Below, in pieces: positions 55,293 to 64,000 of a stretch of 64,000 bases of DNA. Numbering within the stretch: position 1 is the first letter of the stretch; each line of letters opens with the position of its first letter. This stretch comes from the human T2T-CHM13v2.0 reference genome, Homo sapiens: NCBI RefSeq assembly GCF_009914755.1, contig NC_060939.1, one strand, 5' to 3'. The translations under genes were made by a program, and so were the position numbers. Under the pieces are notes generated by a model. That model did not search any database and was not told the origin of the DNA. It was given only the letters and a program-made list of their open reading frames with translations.

Positions 55293-58200
55293 TTTCAAGG
55301 GCAATGAGAGTGGGAGGTAGCATAATATTGTAGAAAAGTAAAGCAATATCTTAGGAATTGTTTGCCCTAATATGTTTAATATATTGTAATAGTCATTTCT
55401 AAAGGCAGCATCAGGAAGTGCAGAGAAAGTAATGATTTATGAATGATTTATGGGCTTGGTTTTGATTTTATAATTTATTATTTTAAATCATTTATTATTT
55501 TAAAATGTTTTCTGTTTTAGAAAATTCTAATAAAATACTATTATTTCAGTTTCTATAGTCCATAATAAATAATAAAATCTAATAAAGTGATTTGAGTATA
55601 TCTGGATCCATTGGATTAAAAATAAGCCAACATTTTGAGTGACAACTTTAATTTACTCATTTTTATCTATTGAACTTATTTCTACACTTCAGATCCCTTA
55701 TACAGACCAAACACCAGTTGTAGTTAATAAAGATTTAAATACTTTAAAAAAGATGTATTAAAATTCTGAGTTAATATCATGGTTAATAAATAAACCAGGG
55801 AAAAGTTTGGCATCTTAATTTTGTTTATTCTTAAAAAGAAATACTGTAGCAGAGAGTTTTGCTAGGAGGAAAAAATGCAAACAGAATAAAAGTGAATTTT
55901 CTGTTTCTCATTGGTTTGTGTCAATACTGGCCCATATGTACTTTGTTTGCCTCTATTTATTTTTGTTACTGAAAGTATTTCATAGACATCTGAAAGATTC
56001 AATTGATTTTGTTAGTGCTTTTGAAGACTTATTTAAGTATTCTCAGGTAAATAAAGAATAAGAATTTAAAAAACTGGTAGTAAACACTTATTAAAGAATG
56101 ACGAATTTTCTTTCTTTAATCTATAGAATTTCTGGTATATATCAATTCCACTAAACTGCTTTTTAAAAAGGCAGTATTTCCAATGATAAATCGGCATTTG
56201 TTTTGCAATGGACTCTTCCTTGTTTCTTAACTAATTTCTTGAAATAGAAATCCGTTTTCCTCATAAGAATGCATTTAATGTATACACATTTTATTTTCTT
56301 TGATTGCCAATATTTACAAATCCTCAAAGCAAAAATTATATAACAGGTAAATATCTGGCCGCTTTGCATAAAGCATTTTGATAGTTTAACATTTACATAT
56401 CTTGTTTGATATATACTAAGCTAATATTCCAGAGTATCTCCATATTTTTTAATGCAAAGTGAACATTCTTTGGTGAAAAATAAATATCACTGACATCCTA
56501 GGATAATTTAAATTACTTCAATATCAATTCTATAAGCTTTAATTTATGACTGAAGCTTAGGTTGCTCACGGTGCAAATTTTTTCACAAAGGTAATTAGTA
56601 TAATTAATTATTCAATAATTGAAATGCAGGTTAACAAACTTCCATATATAAAAGTTAAAAAAATGTCATTCATTCAAACTGTGAACTCTAAGCCTATAAA
56701 ACTCTTCAAAGAACCCCAAGATATCAAGCAATCTTTTATTTAGCTAAACCTACCCCCCACCTTCACTCTTATTCATACTTAAATACTCAGTATGCTCACA
56801 GCTTGGAAAAAAGCTAGAAAGCCTTAATGGATCACTGATTTTAACTAAAGAGGTAGGTGCATATCCCTTATAAATGAATTCAAAACTATTTTTGTTTTAG
56901 CATTAATAGTTTTCATCAAATGAAAACAAGCTTCTTAGTGTAGGAGAGTAAAGTCTTGAATAGGGCACTTATTAGCATATCTTTTATTTTAAACTCAAGG
57001 ACAAACATTCTAAAACAATATCTATTACATTGGAACAATGGTGCAGTTTTTTTCCATTTTCTAATATTCCAGCAGTGGATTTCTTTTGAGCAAAGGGTAA
57101 CGTAATCAAAGTACAAAGCGAAGGACTCAGTAAAAACAGCAGGAACACATAAAATCAATTTAAGGAAAACAATATTTAATCTTGTCATAGTTTAAAGTTA
57201 ATGGAGTGAATGTGGTTTAGCCTTTCATTTTTCATGAGGTATATATTCTCAGTTTTGGTGTTATGCCATTGAAAGTGTATTTCTGATTAAAGCTAATGAG
57301 TTGCAGATTTGAATTTTGATCTAGCCAACATAGAGATAATATATTTAAAGATGCTTATACTTTTTTGGTAAAGTTGTAATCAACAGCAAGAATAATTTCC
57401 AGTGTCATGGTATGCTTTCTCAAGATTAAAAAATATAAAAATCAGGTAGTGCTTTAGCTTTCTGTTTCTTAAATATATGCATAATCTCTTTTAGAAGATA
57501 TACACATTGTTAAATTTGTGACTTTTTCCCTGAATAATCCGGAATGGCAAACGTTTCTACTAAATAAATTTTTCTTTAGCCTTCGAAAATGTATGACAAT
57601 TTGGAAACTGACAATGAAATAAATTATGTATCTTGACAAAAACAGTAAGAAGGACATTTCAATTTTTAGCTAAAGAGGAACTTCAAGAGAATTAAATCAG
57701 GGATGATAATAGTCACTATTTTTATGCCAGTGTTCTTTATTTTTTCCTTTTCTACATAAGGTACTAAAAGTCTTTAATATTGGAAACACAAAACCAATCA
57801 TAGAACAGTCATGATCATGTGTGCAATATTGATCTGATAATTACCACTACAAAAACAAAAATGTATCTTTTCATGTGTGATTATAAGATGTGAAAAGAAA
57901 ACGTTTGCAACAAGTGCCACTGTTCTTTAAAAAGCATTTCTGTATTCACTGTATGATTGACTTAATTTCCAAATTGCAAAAAAAACCTTTCATTAAAAAA
58001 ATCTTTAACTTTTGCTTTCTTTTTTTAAAACGAAAGTTTTTTTTTAAACGATATCATTGACTACACTGATTAAAATAATTCTTCCCCCTAGTTTCTCCAC
58101 CGTCTTTGTGTTCGTTACCTTGTTACCTTTTGGTATTTTGGTTTGGAAGCTTTAATATAAGTGGTCCCGCTATCTTTTTGACACATCTTTCCGAGTTGTT

Positions 58201-61200
58201 GTCAAGTCCAACCCAAGTAGCAATCACACATCCAGAAAGACAGTAGCAGTTTCTTTTTCTAACCTGTTCAGTGAAAACAGGTAAGGACATGAACAAGTGT
58301 ATGATGACCCCACTAGGTCTGCAGCTTTTGTGCCTGACATCTGTCAGACAGAAACAAGCGGGAGATGCTCTTATCAATTATAGGAGATCACCGATAGCAC
58401 TGGGAAGTTGAAATGATGAAGAAGGCTTCCATTTTTTTTTTAAAGCATGCCATCTGTAGCTATTAGAAAGGGCTGAGAAAAAGACTTGTAAATGCTTGCA
58501 GGAAAAAAAAATTTTTAGAAAAATATTGTTAAAAGCATCTAGTCTCCTTTCCTTAACAGTTAGAGATTTAGGGACAGAAAACTTTGATAAACTTCTATGG
58601 CTATAGTTAGATAATAGAGCATAACATAACATACCATACCATACCATAGCAAAGTTAAGCACCAGTACCAACAAATATTAAAGATCTTGACTACCCCAGT
58701 TGCCTCATTAAATATCAACAGTTGGGACATTAAAGAATATCCTCATTCAAATAGGATTTATTATTATATCATTTTTCTAGAATAGAATTTCATTCCCTAA
58801 CCTTGTTACAGAAAGCAAATATGGCAAATGACGATTTTCTTCAGATATTAAAAACAGTTCTTAAGGGAAAGGAATGTACTCTGCTAGTGAAAAAGAGAAA
58901 ATTGTGTAGTCTGTCCTTCTCTCTAATTTACATGATTTCTTTTAAATAAAATCATTTACTCAGTGACAGTAAATGCGACCAGCAGATGTTTAGTTATTTG
59001 TTGAAGCAAGACAGTATATTAACTGATGGAAGTATCAATTGCAGTTATTAAAATAGATGCTATTTAGAAGAACTGTGGGATTCAGAAATAATTATTCATA
59101 TAATTAGAAATTGGAAATGAGTCAACAGGATTTGTTTTGGCATAAAAAAGACATTTGAAATGACTTTAAGTATGGTTCTACCAAAGTATATCCAATACAC
59201 ATAATACAAACAGTAAATTTGCTGTTTCATTTTGAAGACCATACTGAGTTATTTGAGACCGACTAGATTTGGTGCAAATACAAATCCTGGTAAATTGCGT
59301 GTATCCTATGGCAACAGTTTGTTTGGCTGTCTTTAAACCTGGATATACTACAAAGTTTAATTTTTTCTCAATTAATATCTTCCATGTCCATTTGGCCAAA
59401 TTGTTGCATATTATTTGACAGGAGTAGTGTATAGAGAAGACATTTAGCATTGCATATTGTAGGTAATTATGTAATTCTCCCTCTTGCCTTTAAAAATATA
59501 GCATAAGAGAAAATATCGGAATAAGTACTCATATGCTAAGGGAACTCAGAATAAATTCTTACACTGCATGAGCATAGGAATTCCTCTGTGAACATATTGC
59601 ATGAAAATTAGCATCACCACTGAACTGTCACTTGGATTGAGCCCATCTGAAAGATTTCAAAACTACTGAGAACATACTAACTCTATGAAAAAACGCAGTC
59701 ACCAACCCCTGAAAATTAAAACAGTTTTGTTAATCAAGGATTTCATCTCCACATTAAACCGAGGCCAAATTAGGAAGGCTATGATGCGCACAAAAACATT
59801 TGTTAAGCAAAGTCAAAATTAATGACAAACAAAATCAAGTTTCCTTTGTGGTTGATTTTCAGGCAGCTGCATCCAAATATAAAAGAGCCATCAAAGAAAG
59901 ATTTTCATTAATTATTAACTCTGAACAACTTCAGAAAGCAGAGCCCTTAAACCTCCATTGACATCATTCTGCCAGTCTCCTAATCTCTGCGAGTTGTTGG
60001 TAAGAGTTGCATTAAACACAGCATGCTACCAATCCTGCCTTTAACAACCGCAACTCCAGGGCTGTACACTGCAGCCTGGAAGACCACACGAGAGAAGCTA
60101 TAATTTCTGTAAAGACATCTTTAAGAAACATTTACAATCTCACATTCTGAATAATCTCCTGGGTTACTTTACCTCTCTCAACCACACAATAGGGTGTCAA
60201 TAGCCTAATGGCAACATGCAGGATGCAGAAACTCATCCAATTTTTTTTTTTTGGTAGAAGTACAGAACAACTGTCATGAATAAAAAATGATGCCACCCTA
60301 TAGCTTAACCTAGTTAAATCTACAGATTGTTCCTGTTTTCTTTTTTTCCATTACAGAATGGAAGAAGAGGCGCTAGTATAAATGACCTTGATAAAATGTG
60401 GAAATATGCAAGATTGTAATGCAAGCTAATAAGATAATGCAGGTTATTATGTATGATTATTAGTGTTTTCACAATTTTTCATTGATGTGAAATACTTTTC
60501 AACTCGTAAGACACTTTTCCCTGTATTGTGAGTATTGAATAAAATTTAATTTCTATGAAAATATCCTTTTAAGAATATATGTTAATATTTACAGTTATAA
60601 GTTCAGGTTTCTGCTCTGGACTTACACAATTCTGAGGCCAAAATACAGAAAATAAGATTTTCGTTCATGTTGATTTTCCATGATTGGGCATAATTATAGT
60701 TGACTAATTCACCACACTATCGTGCAAGATACAGAGAAACAAAACTCTTATGTAGCATGTTGTCAATCTTAATGTCAATCTGGTAGGAGAGAAGATTTCC
60801 CTAAAGTACCTTAAGATGAAAGTAAAAATAAACAAATACATGTATATAATCTAAAATTTGATTTTTGAGGTTTTTTTTTTTGCTGATATATCTCCCTGGG
60901 AAAAAAAAAACAGCTGTAACATGACAGTGGGAACTAATATTTTTCAGACCGTTTAGGCTGCACTTCCCCTATCCTACCCCCATCTCTTTTTTTCTCATTC
61001 TCTCTGTCTTCTAAAAAACTTATCAGATTACAGATGAGCATCATCTGAACCAAAATAAGTACTTAACAATCATTAGTGTACCTCTTGGAAAATAACAGCA
61101 TATTTGAATAAAAATAAAAAAGCAATCAACAGCAGTAAGAACAGACAACAGACATTTATTAGATGATCAAGTTGATTTATCATAAACTTCCCAACCTTTT

Positions 61201-64000
61201 AGTCATAATCCATCTGACCACCCGAAAATTCTTCAGATCATCTCCTTATATCACAGAACTGGAATGGCTAGAAATCAAAATGTTAACTTTTCAAACCAAT
61301 CTAAAAAGAACAGGATAAGGAAAAGTGTGTATCTGTGTGATGGTTCACATTTAAAGGTTTTATCTCTTTACTCTATTTGATTAAAGGCCTTGTATTGAGT
61401 TAAGCAGCAAATCCTGCAGAATAATTAGTGGCTGTTAGTTTTTTTCCTCTGCCCACCCCCTACCCCCCTTTTAAATGAAAGCTTAAATGGGGGAAAATGG
61501 AATGTCAGTCAGAAACTGGTTCATACCAATCATAATAATTATAATCTATTAGAATTAAGCCATAATCATTAGAATTTCTTCTTTTCTCCTACCTTTGATG
61601 GCCTGTTTCATCTGTTTCATTAAAGCTGTAATTTTTACAGATGCTCTTGATGTTCCTACGTTTTCATCAGAGTCTAAGACAGCCTAAAGGGAAAAAATAG
61701 CTCTCTGCCTATAGAAATATATGTTAATACATTAGTTACTTGAAGCAAGCAACTTTTGCAATATGTGTGTCTGGGTGTCTATAGTTGTCTTTATTTAGGC
61801 CTGTCCAGCATTTTGTTGTGTTCTACTCTTGCCCGGCAGCTGGACCCTGACCTTCAAGTTCTCTTTTTTTCTTTTTTTTAAGAAAAAGAAAAAAAAAAAG
61901 AATTCTTTTCACATTCCAAGTTCCCCCCCCTTCTTACCCTCCCACTGACACCATCCTATTCAGAACCGGAGATAACTTTATTCATCTACAGATCATTGTA
62001 TCAAATTCAATAGGCAAACTGCTTCAACATGCCTCAGAGCTGGGCAGAACAGTTATGTCTTCATTCCCCCCAGCCCCCCAACCAGCCCCCGGTGCAATGA
62101 GATTTTTACCACCGTCTTTTCAGGCATGAAATGAGCACAGTTACAAAAAATAATTTCAAACAAGTGTTTTACTACTCTGTTGGGTCACTGTAGATTTATT
62201 TTCCTGCAAACTCCTCAATTGGATGGAATACATTACCGCCAGGCTGAGTTGCTTAGAATCATCTCTAGATAACACATGCTGGAAAGCAAGAAGGGGATCC
62301 GTTTATTCATTAACTTCCATAAACTGCTGATGTAGATTTTGATGAAAAATGTGCTTGCATCCCAAGTGTTTGCTTTAGTACAAAATTAAGAGCATCAAAT
62401 CTTATAAAGTGACACCATTGCTATAATGGATTACACAAAGAACTGAAGGGAAGAATTCTGCTATACCAGCAACCAAAAGCAAATATCCTGTTCTCAGAAA
62501 ACAAAATATTATGCCTGTCTGCTGATCGATTTCAGAAGAGAGAAATTAATGCCTTTCACCCTCCATCAAGGCTCTACAATATTTTGAATTCACTTCTGGG
62601 AGTTTGAAATTTTTAAAGAGAAAAATAGAGCTTGCTTAATGTCAGGAACATCAAATAACTGTTTGATGTTGGACGCTCTTACTACAAAATCAGCCTACTA
62701 TCTTCAGTTAGGATGACTGAGTATCAGATTAGTTTTCAGGGTGGGAACTGGCTCGAATATGTGGATTCCCAATGAGGTAGTCAGCAGACTTTAACAGACA
62801 AAATCATTCTTTTCTTGCAGAGGTGAATTTACTTTTGAAACCCTCAGAAGGATTCTTTCTAAAACAAAAGACTCTTTAAGGAGTCCGATATGTAAAACAA
62901 CAACAACAAAAATCTTGGTGAAACAGTTCTAAACTCAACCACACATCCTTATCCATTCCTGGACACTGCCCCTCCCCCATATCAGAATGCAAAGCCTGAA
63001 AGAAAGTGGAATGATTAAAATTAAATAGAGCATCTACTAAAGTCCTTAAACCAACGAACCATTATAAAACATTCTAGATTCTGAAGATGGAAAAGGAGAA
63101 AGATCTTTTTAAAAGCAGACTTACATCATTGACTAGGTGTTTTCTACCCTAGCTCCTATATGTTTATGTAGAGGGTGTTACAGACATTTGGAAGGATTTG
63201 GGAGTTTCAAAAGAGAGAAGTTTATACATTAGTGCTGCAAGTTGCAAAACACTGTTGATATTCAAATGTTTATTGTGCAAAATCTGGGATAAGCTTCAGC
63301 ATGAGGGCCCCTTTAAGTGCCTACAACTCTTGCTAATTCCCCTCAGCATTGAGGCGCGCACAAAGGCCCTAATCCAATTCCACTTTTTTTCAGAAAGCCT
63401 ATGCTATTTTCTCTCACATAAACTAACAACACTACCCCATCACACTGCAGAGTGGGTCAAAGAAAAAGCGCTCTCTGTTTATACTTCACCAACACTTTGT
63501 GTTTCTTGGGCAAGCATGGCAAGGAACTTTAAGTGGTTCCCCAGGCCCCACGACATCTTTAGGGGGAGAAAAGCCTTCAGGCATGGAGGTGGTAGTTTTT
63601 AAGAACAAAAAAATATAGTGGGATGTTAAGCATTCTCCTTCTCTGTTATCTGGGAAAAGACATTGATCGCTTGAGCCTCATTCTTGCAGTTGTGATTTAA
63701 ATGATAGAAGTCAGGCATGCTTTGGTAAGGTAACATGCACATTTTGATAAGGTGGTATTATTTTTCTCTAGAATTGTTGGTTCTCCTTCTCTCTTTCATC
63801 TGTCTGTCTCTCTCCTTTCCTTCCTCTATATCTTCCTTTCTTCCTTTCTCTCCCTTTACCACATCCCTAGTACGATTGCCTTTCATTATTTCCTGCAGAG
63901 ATTTCTTAAGCTCACAGAAACCACACTCATTATTTATTTTCTCTCAATTACTAGTTCCTGTTATCAAAATGAGAAATTGATTCTGCCCAAATTTTAGGCA

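Larger units (their letters stand above)
51370..64000 (-). other. Putative very long 3' UTR / terminal exon of an unidentified minus-strand gene, running off the right edge
   Basis: Abrupt loss of Alu/L1/LTR content, high AT, many short A/T homopolymers, no ORF, distal poly(A) signal, Pumilio and miRNA-seed motifs on the minus strand. Confidence 0.6.

Noticed and set aside
58620-58650. (ATAAC)/(ATACC) pentamer run
   Set aside because: Short degenerate microsatellite with no evidence of function
62647-62670. Iron-responsive element (loop CAGUUA)
   Set aside because: A canonical IRE needs a CAGUGN loop and an unpaired C five base pairs below the loop; both are missing
63198-63997. ORFs at the right edge as a possible terminal coding exon
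   Set aside because: Plus strand (opposite to the inferred gene), biased composition from a pyrimidine tract, no minus-strand ORF of 60 aa or more
51370-64000. Assigning a gene symbol to the UTR-like block
   Set aside because: No coding exon in the window and I do not recognise the sequence; any name would be a guess

Overview
This is hominoid (probably human) genomic DNA, as shown by Alu J/S/Y elements, a THE1-type LTR set and an intact ERV9 solo LTR (LTR12C-like). I cannot support any protein-coding exon. The supplied ORFs are Alu, LTR or L1 read-through artefacts or random short ORFs; the only protein-like signals are decayed L1 ORF2 and CR1/L3 reverse-transcriptase remnants. The window has two parts. 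(1) Positions 1 to ~51.3 kb are repeat-dense intergenic DNA with nested L1, Alu, MIR, L2, L3, MaLR and ERV1 insertions, a 3'-truncated 7SK retropseudogene (~11210-11440) and a CpG-rich solo LTR12C (15592-17026, minus strand, ATAA target-site duplication). (2) From ~51.4 kb to 64000 the DNA is AT-rich and nearly repeat-free, and it ends leftward in a classical minus-strand poly(A) signal. This is best read as a very long (>12 kb) 3' UTR or terminal exon of a gene whose coding part lies beyond the right edge; I cannot name the gene. I found no convincing new biological system. The best leads are the long UTR-like block, the LTR12C promoter variant and several small template-switch or duplication scars. 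Repeat subfamily names come from recalled consensus sequences, and boundaries of old repeats are approximate.
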